DNA of 64,000 nucleotides, from sequence record MN988522.1. One strand, written 5' to 3'. Both the position numbers and the translations under genes were made by a program. Below, piece after piece: positions 24,996 to 35,690 of the stretch. Position 1 is the stretch's first letter. Each line of letters begins with the position of its first letter. Below the pieces are notes generated by a model. That model saw only the letters and a program-made list of their open reading frames with translations. It was not told the origin of the DNA and ran no database searches.

Positions 24996-25667
24996 ATGAA
25001 AGACATTGTCTTTAATCCTCTCCTTAAGATCTCTAGTGTGAACCGGTATTCCGGAGTTTATCTGACCAAGAATGAGTCAGTTTCAGATCACACTACTCAA
25101 ACTGGATTACTATGTATTCTAGTTGGCAACGAGATCAATAAACGTCTTGCGAAATTGAAATCCTCTGTTAGAGTGAATCTCGAGAAATTAGCCTACAAGG
25201 CTTTAATCCACGATCTCGAGGAATCCAAGACTTGTGACACTCCTAGAAATGTTAAATACTTCAATGACTTGATTTATCAAGAATTTGAGAGAATGGGTGA
25301 TCAGGTTGTTCTTGAACTATCTGAACTCTATGAATTTCCTGAGCTCTATGAGCAATGGAAAAATGCTAAGGATAAGACTCTAGAAGGGTATATTCTTAAA
25401 ATCTGCGATATGATTCATGTCGTACGTAAACTAGTTGATGAAGTTGTACTTCTTGGAAATCTTAACATGCTTCAGGTAGCACTGGAGTTGAAGGATCATC
25501 TGAAGAAGACTCACGATTATATTAATAAGATTACAGATCTACCTGCTGAAGCGATTGACGTCTTTAATGAATTGACGATTTTCTCATTGGATACCGTTAA
25601 CTATATTCTTAAGAAACATCAATCGGAGATTACAGATTATAACTTTACATCTCTGAAGAGCGCATAA
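24996..25667 (+). CDS. HD-domain 5'-deoxynucleotidase (YfbR-like)
   Basis: VNRYS..ESVSDHT..ALIHDLEE..KICD. Confidence 0.82.
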   Translation: MKDIVFNPLLKISSVNRYSGVYLTKNESVSDHTTQTGLLCILVGNEINKRLAKLKSSVRVNLEKLAYKALIHDLEESKTCDTPRNVKYFNDLIYQEFERMGDQVVLELSELYEFPELYEQWKNAKDKTLEGYILKICDMIHVVRKLVDEVVLLGNLNMLQVALELKDHLKKTHDYINKITDLPAEAIDVFNELTIFSLDTVNYILKKHQSEITDYNFTSLKSA

Positions 25668-28600
25668 TGTCCTTAGAAATTGAATCCATTATTAACAAAG
25701 TTGATCTGACTAGTGATGTTCGTGTATGTCACATGTGCCCACTAGCTGAGAAGTTTGGTGGATGTGATAATCTTGGACGAGTATCTTTTGAGATTGTAGG
25801 TCAGAATCCTAAGGTTCTACTTGTAGGTGAAGCACCTGCAGCTGAGGATCTGAAATCTGAACGACCATTCAGTAGTCAGTCTGGTTCATTCTTGAGAATG
25901 GCGATGGCTGAAATTGGCATTAATGATTACGCTCTAGCGAATGTGATCATGTGTCAACCTAAGAGTGTAAATATCTACACTCCGACTCCTGAAGAGTCCG
26001 CTCACTGTAAAGCACATATTCAAAGATTTGTTGAAAAGTACAAACCTGAGACAGTCATCTTGCTCGGACGAGGAGCATATGAAGTCATTCTACCAGAGAG
26101 TTACTTCGCAGGTCAGTCAGTTACGAATGTAACCAAGAAGAAGGCTATCGAAATTGATGGTGTACGTTATGGAGCAGCATTTCATCCATCGTATATCTTC
26201 CGTAATGGTGGTAAAGAATCACCACAGTACATCGACTTCTTGAATCGATTGAGACGACTGACTCAGAATAGTGTTGATGCAGAATTCATCGTACCGTTTA
26301 AGATCGTTAATCTCGATCAACTAGATGAGACTCTCGAAGAGTTTGATGTCTACAAAGAACTAGGCTTCGACTATGAAGGTACCTCGCTTGATCCGTATGA
26401 CGTCAATTATCAGGTTCTCGGACTTGGTATGTCATCGATGGACAAGGCAGTTTATATCGACTTTCATCGAGAGCCTACTCAAGAAGAAAAGAATAAGATA
26501 TCTGACTTCATTCGTAAGAAGCAGATGTGGGTTTATAACGTCAACTATGAAACCAAAGTTACATGGTCTAAGTTGAGTAATGATCTTATTCGATTCCACG
26601 ATGCGATGACTCTTGTAAAGATCGACTGTTCTCCTGGATCACTGAAGGACAATGCTCGTAAATATCTGAATGCAGAAATCTGGGAAGAGATCGTAGGTAA
26701 CTTGACTACCTTGTTCTACGATATCTTCCAATTTATGAAGAAGATTGAGGAGAAATCTCCTAAACTATATAATGCTTGTAGACAAGCTAATATGGAGGCG
26801 ATCTATCTTCTTAAGGAAGATACTGCTGAGAAAATCACTGGTGGTAAGAAGAATCCTAAGGTTACGAGATATCGTACCAAGCAGGCAGATCATGCAGACT
26901 ACATATCTGCTAAGATCTCTGCACTTAGAGAATTCTGCTCTGATGAAGATATCCAACGTGGATTTACTAAGTTTCCTTACGAGTGGGCAGCTGTTCCTCC
27001 GAAGATTCTAGGTGAATACTGCTGCTACGACTCTTATTACACACTAGGTCTTAAGAATCATCTGTGGGATAAGTATAAGAGCGTTTACCAGTATTATATC
27101 ACCCAAGGGTGGCTAGGCTCTACGATGGAGAGCTATGGTCTGAATTGGGATGATGATAAAGCTTCTGAGCATGAACGATTCTATCTCGTTGAAGCTACGA
27201 CATGCTTGAATCAGATCATTCAGAAATTGGATTTTGGTGAGAAAACTCTTGATATTCATACAAGAGCAAGCATGATTTTCAATGACTCTAGTCTTCCTGA
27301 TGCTAGGAAACTCATTGATCTGAAAGGTATCTTTAATCCAGGTACTCCAGATAAACTTAAACAGAAACCCTTCTGGGATAAGTACGTAACTGACTTTACG
27401 ACTGCAATATCCATCTATCTTGTTCTCAGTGAACAGATTCTAATGTCTCCAATCATTCCTGACCAAGCGATTGAGTTAGTCGATCGTCAAGATCTCAATA
27501 AAGCTATTGAGAATTTGATGTCAGTAGATTGGACTAAGTACGATGGAGTTGATCTTAAGACTGCCAAGTCAATTCAGAAATTGATGATGGATCTTATTGG
27601 TACACTCGATGAGAAGATCGGATGGAAGCTATATGCATTCAGAAGTGATGTTCTAGAGTGGCAATATAAAGCTCACGAAACGTACGGTGGACTAGATATC
27701 GACAATCGTGAGACTTGGACTCCTGAGTTCGAGTTGTTATATCTTCTGAGAAGATATAAAAAGGTTGAGAAGAGTAAGAATACGTACATCAATGGTAAGG
27801 TAGGTAGAGCACGAGTATGGTTGTCGACAGTCGATGATTACCAGAAGCCTCCTGTTCGACTGAAGCGTTACTTTGATGTTATGGAAGAGAGACAGTGGAA
27901 GAAGTATGAACTTCAGCATAACGAGAGATGGATTCTTGATACAGAATTCAATGTTGCTGGTGCAAATACTAAACGATGGAAAGCAGCTATTCATACTGTT
28001 CCATGGGGATCAGAACTCCGAGAGATCTATGCATCTCGTTGGTGGGATGGTCTGTTTATGCATTACGACTACTCTCAGGCAGAAGTTCGAATTCTAGCAG
28101 CTATCTCTCAGGATAGAGCACTACTGGAAGCATTCGCTGATCCTGATACTGACATTCACATGTTCGTTGCATCTCGAATCTGGAAGAAAGATCCTAAGGA
28201 TGTGACTCCAGCTGAGCGTCGATATGCTAAGGTCTGCTCGTTCTCGATTTTGTACGGTAAGTCTATCGAAGGATTTGCTACTGAACATACCAAGGGTGAT
28301 GTTGCAGCAGCTAAGCGTATCTTTGATGACTTCTATGCAGCATTCCCTCAAGTTAAGGAGTGGATTGAGAAACAGCATAGAGATGCGAAAGTATCTGGTA
28401 AGGTCTTTACCTTATTCGGAGATCCTCTGTATCTTGATATGTCGGACCCTAATGGTGCTATGCGTGATGCTCAAAACTGGCCAATTCAGTCCTCGAGCAG
28501 CTGTGTAGCAGGATGGGCTATCTGGATGAACTACGAGTTTTCTAGAAATAGAAACATTCCGATTCTTCCAATGGTCTTTACTCACGACTCTCACGATATG

Positions 28601-28996
28601 GAATTCAGATGTCAACATCTATTCGAGACGATTGATACTGTTCTCGAAACTGCAGTTGATCTACCTAAGCGTAGATTTAATCTTCCGATGAAGATCGACT
28701 GGGAAATCGGTGTTAATCAGTCTGATGCAATTGAGTTCAAAGAAACATCTCGATTTGATGAAGGTCGAGGTCGTACGTATCACTTTGAATGCAATGAAAA
28801 TGCAATGATGCCTGTATTCGATCGTCTAAAGAACTACTTTGACATCGAATATGAAGTCACTTCTAGAGAGACTGAGAGAGCATCGCTGAAAGAAATGTTC
28901 GTTGCAAGACGAGCATTCTCTAAGTATCTTGGTACAGATGTAACCGTCGTAGGTGGTAACCTCAAACTAGTGAAGAAAAATGGGATAAAAATATGA
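25667..28996 (+). CDS. family A DNA polymerase with N-terminal UDG-like domain
   Basis: UDG-like CHMC, VGEAP, HPSY; exonuclease DYEGT, YCCYD; motifs DYSQAEVRILA, RRYAK..SILYG, THDS. Confidence 0.92.
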   Translation: MSLEIESIINKVDLTSDVRVCHMCPLAEKFGGCDNLGRVSFEIVGQNPKVLLVGEAPAAEDLKSERPFSSQSGSFLRMAMAEIGINDYALANVIMCQPKSVNIYTPTPEESAHCKAHIQRFVEKYKPETVILLGRGAYEVILPESYFAGQSVTNVTKKKAIEIDGVRYGAAFHPSYIFRNGGKESPQYIDFLNRLRRLTQNSVDAEFIVPFKIVNLDQLDETLEEFDVYKELGFDYEGTSLDPYDVNYQVLGLGMSSMDKAVYIDFHREPTQEEKNKISDFIRKKQMWVYNVNYETKVTWSKLSNDLIRFHDAMTLVKIDCSPGSLKDNARKYLNAEIWEEIVGNLTTLFYDIFQFMKKIEEKSPKLYNACRQANMEAIYLLKEDTAEKITGGKKNPKVTRYRTKQADHADYISAKISALREFCSDEDIQRGFTKFPYEWAAVPPKILGEYCCYDSYYTLGLKNHLWDKYKSVYQYYITQGWLGSTMESYGLNWDDDKASEHERFYLVEATTCLNQIIQKLDFGEKTLDIHTRASMIFNDSSLPDARKLIDLKGIFNPGTPDKLKQKPFWDKYVTDFTTAISIYLVLSEQILMSPIIPDQAIELVDRQDLNKAIENLMSVDWTKYDGVDLKTAKSIQKLMMDLIGTLDEKIGWKLYAFRSDVLEWQYKAHETYGGLDIDNRETWTPEFELLYLLRRYKKVEKSKNTYINGKVGRARVWLSTVDDYQKPPVRLKRYFDVMEERQWKKYELQHNERWILDTEFNVAGANTKRWKAAIHTVPWGSELREIYASRWWDGLFMHYDYSQAEVRILAAISQDRALLEAFADPDTDIHMFVASRIWKKDPKDVTPAERRYAKVCSFSILYGKSIEGFATEHTKGDVAAAKRIFDDFYAAFPQVKEWIEKQHRDAKVSGKVFTLFGDPLYLDMSDPNGAMRDAQNWPIQSSSSCVAGWAIWMNYEFSRNRNIPILPMVFTHDSHDMEFRCQHLFETIDTVLETAVDLPKRRFNLPMKIDWEIGVNQSDAIEFKETSRFDEGRGRTYHFECNENAMMPVFDRLKNYFDIEYEVTSRETERASLKEMFVARRAFSKYLGTDVTVVGGNLKLVKKNGIKI

Positions 28997-29724
28997 GTCG
29001 AGCAAAATCACTGATCGACATGATTAAAGGAACCAAGAACGAGTCTGGTGACGATGACGACGAAATCTCAAATCGTCGTCGTGGTGGTACTTGGATTGAT
29101 CCTCATCATGTTGACGCAGCATCCAAGAATCTGAAGCGTACTCAGTCATTCTACAAGAAGGCTAGTAATGCTAGCTCAGTTGAAGATCAAGAGTATTGGT
29201 TAGCTCGAGTCTTTAACAAGAATGCTGTTGCTAAGAGAATCTCCTCTGGATTCTATAACAAGGAAGCTAAGGCAGGAGTCGTAGGCGTCGATGACGTTGA
29301 AGATCTGTCAGCATCTCTTGTTACAGGTAATCCAAGAGCATCGGGTCGTGTTACGACTAAGGATCACACACGTAATCCTGAAGAGATCTTTGCTGCTAAC
29401 CAGATCGTTAAAGCTCTCTACGATACGATTGACAAGAAGTGGCCTGGACGTCCTCAGAACAAGATGGTTCTGACATACTTCCTCAAGGTCAATAAAGCTG
29501 ATCATCTTATTAACTTTAAGCTTCCATACGATGATCGTGTGGAAGAAATCATCTCTTCTATTGAGAAATATGCTAAAGACAATAACTCCAAGATTACTTG
29601 GACTACTCCTAAGCAGTTTCAGAATTTTTCAGGTATTGAAGACAGAATGTATGCAAAGGTCATGCAGTTCCTAGCAGATAATGCTGTAGAATTGGGTGCT
29701 CTTATCATTCGAGGTAAGAAATAA
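28993..29724 (+). CDS. hypothetical protein with MSRA N-terminal motif
   Basis: 243 aa. Confidence 0.75.
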   Translation: MSRAKSLIDMIKGTKNESGDDDDEISNRRRGGTWIDPHHVDAASKNLKRTQSFYKKASNASSVEDQEYWLARVFNKNAVAKRISSGFYNKEAKAGVVGVDDVEDLSASLVTGNPRASGRVTTKDHTRNPEEIFAANQIVKALYDTIDKKWPGRPQNKMVLTYFLKVNKADHLINFKLPYDDRVEEIISSIEKYAKDNNSKITWTTPKQFQNFSGIEDRMYAKVMQFLADNAVELGALIIRGKK

Positions 29725-30071
29725 TGGACCAGAGAGTACTTGACGTTCTAGCTCAAGGATATATTAATCGTGAGCTTACACTACCAGCCGCTGATCTATC
29801 TAAGGCTGTTATTTATATTGTTAATTATCATGTTAGACATAAGACAAGTGGACTGGCAGATCTAAAGACTGCTTATGGTAGTCCTGAGTCTTCTAATCTG
29901 GCAGTTAGGTTCTACTCTACAGGTCTATTTAATGGTGTTGTAGATAATGATTCTAAGAGCTCAGATCTATTCTGGTCTCTATTCAATTCGATGACTACAT
30001 CTCTGATGATTGAGTCCATCAATGAATCGTTAGCTGAATCCTCGAAAGAAGTTGAAGTGATCGCCGAATAA
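29724..30071 (+). CDS. hypothetical protein
   Basis: 115 aa, coupled to previous gene. Confidence 0.7.
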   Translation: MDQRVLDVLAQGYINRELTLPAADLSKAVIYIVNYHVRHKTSGLADLKTAYGSPESSNLAVRFYSTGLFNGVVDNDSKSSDLFWSLFNSMTTSLMIESINESLAESSKEVEVIAE

Positions 30072-30166
30072 AGGCGCTTACTTGTTGGGTAAATGGGTGC
30101 AGTTAGGCTCTTGGAGGGATTCTTATTCGGTGAGCCCTCCAAGGCTTCCAGAAAGAGGGTAATGTA

Positions 30167-30823
30167 ATGGCTAGCGATAGACAGATGAAAGGTTACATCT
30201 GGGGAGAGCAAATCCTGGATCATGCTCACATTGAGCATTATGCAAGGGCGATGAGATCCGATGATGTACGTACCGAGGAGTACTGGTACCAGGCAGTATT
30301 TCATGGGAAGAACCACTCTAAGGTTCTTCAGTCGGAAGTCTTTCATAAGAAAATCCGCAACAACGTTACAAATAAAGTAGAAGTTGAGACTCTGGTTTCT
30401 ACTTCTAACTCTGACGTCGTTAATGATGTTCTAGCAGAGGAGAGAAAGAATGAAGTAAAATATTCTCGAGTTATCGAGGATGATAAGGTCGGTAATATGT
30501 CCGACTATCTTCCCGATGCAACTGTTGGGTTCTCAGTTATTATCAGAGAAATAGCTGACAAATGCAACGATGATGAAATCAAGGTCCTGAGCTACTTTGT
30601 ATGTCAGGAACATCTGGATAATATCCTATTCGAGGGGAATTCGATTCATTCATCAAACGATCGCTTCAATCGTACGATCCTAGGTATCTGGGAAAAGAAT
30701 GTGAAGAGCATCAATGATCTGAATCGATTTGTAGGTACTCGTGCTCGTGCTGATAAAGCTAGGTGGAGACTCTGCAATCTCTTGAAGAAGGAGTATCCTG
30801 AACTCTTGTCAGGAAAACGATGA
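30167..30823 (+). CDS. hypothetical protein
   Basis: 218 aa; preceded by CTTGGAGGG/CCCTCCAAG hairpin. Confidence 0.7.
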   Translation: MASDRQMKGYIWGEQILDHAHIEHYARAMRSDDVRTEEYWYQAVFHGKNHSKVLQSEVFHKKIRNNVTNKVEVETLVSTSNSDVVNDVLAEERKNEVKYSRVIEDDKVGNMSDYLPDATVGFSVIIREIADKCNDDEIKVLSYFVCQEHLDNILFEGNSIHSSNDRFNRTILGIWEKNVKSINDLNRFVGTRARADKARWRLCNLLKKEYPELLSGKR

Positions 30824-31059
30824 GTCCATCTAACAAGCCCTATGACCCAAAGTTAGACACAATCATCTACGAAAATAGACATCCTGAAACGGGTTTGTGC
30901 ATCTCGGTGCATAAATACGGAAGCAGTGAACCGAAGATCAAGTTAGGTCCAAGAATCGTCGGTGACGACTCCAAACCTGTCTACTTGAAATTAGGTAGAA
31001 TATCTATAAACGAGTTTTTGTGGATATCCGAGGTCCTAAAACCCTACGTTAAATCTTAG
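30820..31059 (+). CDS. small protein, possibly PC4-like nucleic-acid binder
   Basis: ISVHKYGSSEPKIKL..KLGRISINE pattern; weak recognition. Confidence 0.45.
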   Translation: MSPSNKPYDPKLDTIIYENRHPETGLCISVHKYGSSEPKIKLGPRIVGDDSKPVYLKLGRISINEFLWISEVLKPYVKS

Positions 31060-31071
31060 AGGATCTAAAAC

Positions 31072-34000
31072 ATGCAACTTTCTCTGAAGCCAGTCTCTCC
31101 AGAATCTGTACTCTTGACTTCACAAGGAGAGGTCAAGTCGTATGAGACTCTGAACTTCAAGACAGGTCTACCTGTTCGAGACGGTCTCTTGTGCCAGAAG
31201 GTATTCGGACCGATTAGAGACTACGTATGTGAATGCGGCAAGTACGATGGTAAGAAATACCAGGGACATACTTGTGAGAAGTGCGGTGTTACGGTAGCGA
31301 GTTCACGTGCTCGTACTGTGAGAATGGGTCATATTGATCTTCAAGTTCCCATTCTTAATCCGTTGATGATCGAGTCGATCGAATCGATTATAGGTCTCCC
31401 ATCCAGAAAGATGGAGGACTTTATGAAGAACAAGATCTGCCTGAAATTTTCAGCATCTGGTACAGGTAATCTTGTTCGTAAGGACGGTACACGAGGTATC
31501 GCGTATTTTGTAGATCCTAAGGAATCTGATCCTCGATCTCCTACTCTGCAGCATACGAAGTCGTCTCTGGTTCTTTATGAACTCTTGACGGATCTCGATA
31601 TTGAAGAGACGCTCAAAGTCAATGGATCCAAGATCCTGAAGACCTATGTGCAGAAGAACTTCCCTCTTTCTAATCTCTTCATTCGTTATCTACCGGTATC
31701 TCCAGCAGGATACCGTCCAGTCACTCGTATGAGAAACTACTATTCTCAGCATCCCAAGAATGACCTTTATCAGAAGATCATTCGACGTACTCTGCGAGTG
31801 AAGGAACTGGTTAATATCAATGCAGACTCAATGATTCTTCAGGAAGAGGCAGGCATTCTGTATAAGTCTGTCGATCAACTCTTCACTGGAGGAGCTCGAG
31901 ATGGCGATGGGAACCCTCTTCCTGGAACCATTGAGAAGATGATGGGTAAGAGAGGTATTCTCCGAGGAAATCTTCTCGGTAAGCGTACCGACTACTCTGG
32001 ACGTTCAGTTATCACTTCAGCAGGTGATCGTGTAGAAGTGGACCAGATTGGTCTACCTCGTAAGATGGCATACATCTTGTTTCGTCCTTTCATTCTCCGT
32101 TATCTGATGACGGAGTATCTGGATCATTATACTGAAGCACTGAAGCACTACGAGAAGAAGACTGTTATCGCACTGAAGTCTCTCGAGATGGTAGCTAAGG
32201 ATTATCCGATCATCATGAATCGTGCTCCTACGCTTCATAGATACGGTGTAATGTCTTTCCGTACCAAGTTGGTAAATGGTAAGGCTATCCTCGTTCATCC
32301 GATTGTATGTTCTCCATTCAATGCAGACTTCGACGGAGATACTGTAGCTATCCACTTGCCTCTTTCAGCTAAGTCTGTTCAGGAGTGCAAAGATTATCTC
32401 ATGCCTCAGAACAATCTCCTGTCTTCACTTGATGGTGATCCGATCATCAATATGTCGCACGAGATGGTTATCGGTCTTGCTATCATGTCTCGTATTAAGG
32501 ATCATGATAAGGGATTCGGTACATTCCGACGTATGGATGAGCTCGAGTATCTTCATACTGTCACCAATCCTCAGACTAGCCGTCCTACACTTGAGATCTA
32601 CGATAGAATCAAGTGGAAAGATGAACGAGGAGTGACAGAGACGTGCTATGGTCGACTTCTTCTCGAGCAGACATTCAAGACCAAGAATCTTCCGAAGGAC
32701 TTCTCTAAGAAGACTATTCGTCGGATGATCAGTGATGCGTACGACAAGCTTGGACCTGATGAACTGATTAAGGTACTGGATGTAGCTACTCAGCTTTCAT
32801 TCAAGTATGCTACGAACTCTGGTTTCTCAGTTTCGATTGATGATTGTAAGGTACCTTCTACGAAACCTGCTAAGATTGCGAAAGCTAGAGAGCAGGAAGC
32901 TGAGAATTATCGTCAATTCGATAACAATGAAATCAATCTTGCAGAGCGTCGAGAGAACAATATTCGTCTCTGGAACGATGTCTTTGAAGATCTTCATCAC
33001 GATTGGATGAAAGAAGCAGGTGAGGACAATCCGGTAGTTCTTATGTATACTACTGGTGCTCGTGTTAGTAAGTCTCAGGTCAATCAGATCGGAGTCGCTA
33101 AGGGTCTTGTATCCAATGCACTCAATCAGATCATCGAGAAGCCTATGGTTAACTCCTTCCGTGAAGGATTGTCGACGTTTGAGTACTTTGCATCTTGCTC
33201 TGGATCTCGTAAGTCCATGGCAGACAAGAAGAATCTGACTCCCAAGTCTGGTTATCTTACACGTCGAATGATTACTGCTAGCCGAGATTTCTTCATTAAT
33301 TCAGATGATTGTGGTACCGATAAGGGTATCATGCGTACGATGAAGTCCTCGTATGGACGTTATCGTTGCGACAATGGTGAGATGATTGGTACGAACAATA
33401 GTGAAGAACTCGTTAAGGTTCGTAGTCCGATTCATTGTGAGTCGCATGGTGGTATCTGCGTTAAGTGCTACGGTATTGATCCTGCTAAGCGTAAGATCGT
33501 CACGAAGGGGTCCAACGTAGGAGCTATTGCAGCTCACTCGTTGACTGAATCTACAACTCAGATGACGATGCGTACCTTCCATACATCTGGTGCAGTCGTT
33601 CTGAAGGATAGTCCGATGGTCATTACTGCCCAGAAGGATGGTAAGATCAGCTGGGATACTCTTCATCCTGTCTACAGCAAGATTCATGTTGTTGCAGATA
33701 TGGAAGATTGGGATACACCTCTCAATGATCGATTGACGTATACAGTTCATAACAAGATGTCTCGCATTCTTGTTAAGGATGGTCAGTCTGTCAAGAAGGG
33801 TGATCCTCTAGCGATCTACGTTGATGAAGATCTTGAGAGCGACGACGTCAGTGGATCGCTCCCTAAGATTGAATCTCTGTATGAAGGTCGAGTACCTCCG
33901 AAAGCGTACAAGTCAGTTATCTCGAAGGTAGCTGGTAAGATTGGTATTAACATCGGAGATGAAGGTCTTAAGATCTTCGTTGATGGTGAATACCAAGGTA

Positions 34001-34455
34001 CTGCTCATCCTAAGACTCCGGTATTCGTTGCTCAAGGTCAGTATGTTGAAGCTGGTCAGACTCTCTCGTTTGGTTCTCCAGACGTAGTAGGTTTGTTCAA
34101 GGAGACAAAGGATCTTGATCTCGCTTACAAGGTCTTTGAGAAGACTCTGATGGATATCTACAATAAGGAAGGTCTCCAGCCAGTACCAACTCATTCGGAG
34201 ATGATCTTCAGAGCGATGTCTAATCTGGTATACACCGAGAGTGGTCCTTATGGTCTTCGATCCCATGGAGACAAGGGTAGCATTATGCTGAAGGGTATTA
34301 CTCAGATTGGTGCGAATCATCCGTCCTGGTTGAAGTCAATCGGATTCGGATGGGTAGCTCAGACGATCAGAACTTCTGCTGTGAATCTTGCTACCACGTA
34401 CGATCTTCCTACCGAACGTCTGATGTCTGGTGAATTGATTTACGAGGATAAATAA
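31072..34455 (+). CDS. rpoC: multisubunit RNA polymerase beta' subunit
   Basis: CECGKY..CEKC Zn site, RMGHI, GKRTDYSGR, NRAPTLHR, catalytic NADFDGD, SGYLTRR, TQMTMRTFH. Confidence 0.95.
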   Translation: MQLSLKPVSPESVLLTSQGEVKSYETLNFKTGLPVRDGLLCQKVFGPIRDYVCECGKYDGKKYQGHTCEKCGVTVASSRARTVRMGHIDLQVPILNPLMIESIESIIGLPSRKMEDFMKNKICLKFSASGTGNLVRKDGTRGIAYFVDPKESDPRSPTLQHTKSSLVLYELLTDLDIEETLKVNGSKILKTYVQKNFPLSNLFIRYLPVSPAGYRPVTRMRNYYSQHPKNDLYQKIIRRTLRVKELVNINADSMILQEEAGILYKSVDQLFTGGARDGDGNPLPGTIEKMMGKRGILRGNLLGKRTDYSGRSVITSAGDRVEVDQIGLPRKMAYILFRPFILRYLMTEYLDHYTEALKHYEKKTVIALKSLEMVAKDYPIIMNRAPTLHRYGVMSFRTKLVNGKAILVHPIVCSPFNADFDGDTVAIHLPLSAKSVQECKDYLMPQNNLLSSLDGDPIINMSHEMVIGLAIMSRIKDHDKGFGTFRRMDELEYLHTVTNPQTSRPTLEIYDRIKWKDERGVTETCYGRLLLEQTFKTKNLPKDFSKKTIRRMISDAYDKLGPDELIKVLDVATQLSFKYATNSGFSVSIDDCKVPSTKPAKIAKAREQEAENYRQFDNNEINLAERRENNIRLWNDVFEDLHHDWMKEAGEDNPVVLMYTTGARVSKSQVNQIGVAKGLVSNALNQIIEKPMVNSFREGLSTFEYFASCSGSRKSMADKKNLTPKSGYLTRRMITASRDFFINSDDCGTDKGIMRTMKSSYGRYRCDNGEMIGTNNSEELVKVRSPIHCESHGGICVKCYGIDPAKRKIVTKGSNVGAIAAHSLTESTTQMTMRTFHTSGAVVLKDSPMVITAQKDGKISWDTLHPVYSKIHVVADMEDWDTPLNDRLTYTVHNKMSRILVKDGQSVKKGDPLAIYVDEDLESDDVSGSLPKIESLYEGRVPPKAYKSVISKVAGKIGINIGDEGLKIFVDGEYQGTAHPKTPVFVAQGQYVEAGQTLSFGSPDVVGLFKETKDLDLAYKVFEKTLMDIYNKEGLQPVPTHSEMIFRAMSNLVYTESGPYGLRSHGDKGSIMLKGITQIGANHPSWLKSIGFGWVAQTIRTSAVNLATTYDLPTERLMSGELIYEDK

Positions 34456-34458
34456 AGG

Positions 34459-34656
34459 ATGCAAGACCTATCTCAACTATGTGAAGTTGAGATGGAGAAG
34501 TTAGTTGAAATACTAATGAGATCGACTCACTTGACACTCGACGGTGTTGAGCTGAGTCGATCTCATGAATATCATAATAGCCCATCTGTCTCTACAATTA
34601 AAACTCATAAAGTCCTTGATGACTCATACATTACAGTTAGACTGAAATATGTATAA
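34459..34656 (+). CDS. hypothetical protein
   Basis: 65 aa. Confidence 0.5.
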   Translation: MQDLSQLCEVEMEKLVEILMRSTHLTLDGVELSRSHEYHNSPSVSTIKTHKVLDDSYITVRLKYV

Positions 34657-35362
34657 CTTGCAATACGATGATGGAATTCTTAAATCAAATAGGGAGTCTC
34701 TCGTAAACATACGAGCTCCATTCTTCAAACGGATTGATCGACGATCTCGCAAGTCGTCCATCGAGAGATTAATGATCTCACCTGATACAACAAGAAATTG
34801 TAGTCAGATTAAGAGATTTCTCGTTCCGTTCAACGATAAGTACTTGTACAGCATGCATGTGACTTATCGTGACGACTTAAAGTGTCAATCTATTTATGAC
34901 ACTAACAAGTCTCTCAAGCGAATCCTCCGATCTAAAATGTTAATGTCAGCTGTGAACAGGATAAATGAGTATCCTCAACTCAAAGCAGACATATTGTCTG
35001 TAATCAAGCTTGTAGTTAATTCTTGGGAGTTTGATGGTCTTATCACAGACATTGAATGGCTCCAGGATGAAAATCTACTGGATACTGTGATATCTAAGTG
35101 GAAACTGAAGAAGTACGAATCCTCTACAGAGCGAGGGTCAGTGATCAATCTCTTAATAAAGAGTTTTGATGGAGTTCCACTTAATCTTCTATCTCATCTA
35201 GAGATGAAGAAAATCAGTATTGAGGATACTGACATTGAGGACGTTAAGTTTAAATGTCCTCTGATATTAATGCGATCGAATTCATCTTGTGCAGGATTCA
35301 TATCTAAGTCCTTGGATAAAGGACTACCTGTGAGTCTGTTCAAGATTGATATAAAAGAGTAA
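34649..35362 (+). CDS. hypothetical protein
   Basis: 237 aa, last + strand gene before convergence. Confidence 0.7.
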   Translation: MYNLQYDDGILKSNRESLVNIRAPFFKRIDRRSRKSSIERLMISPDTTRNCSQIKRFLVPFNDKYLYSMHVTYRDDLKCQSIYDTNKSLKRILRSKMLMSAVNRINEYPQLKADILSVIKLVVNSWEFDGLITDIEWLQDENLLDTVISKWKLKKYESSTERGSVINLLIKSFDGVPLNLLSHLEMKKISIEDTDIEDVKFKCPLILMRSNSSCAGFISKSLDKGLPVSLFKIDIKE

Positions 35363-35419
35363 AAATAAAGGCCACTAGGCGGGACCCTTCTCGGAGGATT
35401 CACCTAGTGGCCTATTTTT
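35361..35419. terminator. bidirectional terminator at strand switch
   Basis: AAAAAT-AA-AGGCCACTAGG...CCTAGTGGCCT-ATTTTT between convergent genes. Confidence 0.85.
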
Positions 35420-35424
35420 GTGTC

Positions 35425-35679
35425 TTATGGAAGAAGTGGTACGAAACTCTTCAGCTTATTGTACACATCATCCTGCTTACCCATTTCAGTCGAATACTTA
35501 TCAAGAATCGTCTGATTATCTGGGAATTCATTACCTTGATTAGCTACCCAGTCGACATAATCATGCCAATCCTGGTCATCGTGAAGATCACGATGCTGCT
35601 TAATCAGATTTGCATATTCAGCATCTGTGAATTCATGCAATGATGAAAGCTTCTCAAGAATGTCTTTAGCTCTACTCAT
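35425..35679 (-). CDS. hypothetical protein with MSRA...LHE motif
   Basis: Likely start MSRAK at 35679 (track start 35694). Confidence 0.7.
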   Translation of the reverse strand: MSRAKDILEKLSSLHEFTDAEYANLIKQHRDLHDDQDWHDYVDWVANQGNEFPDNQTILDKYSTEMGKQDDVYNKLKSFVPLLP

Positions 35680-35690
35680 ATTAATCTCCG

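Noticed and set aside
24996-25667. DatZ of a 2-aminoadenine (Z) genome system
   Set aside because: An HD fold alone is not diagnostic, and no purZ or mazZ is seen in the window
25667-34455. Inteins in DNA polymerase or RNAP beta'
   Set aside because: Conserved motifs are contiguous, sizes are normal, and no C/S...HN splice junction or LAGLIDADG block was noticed
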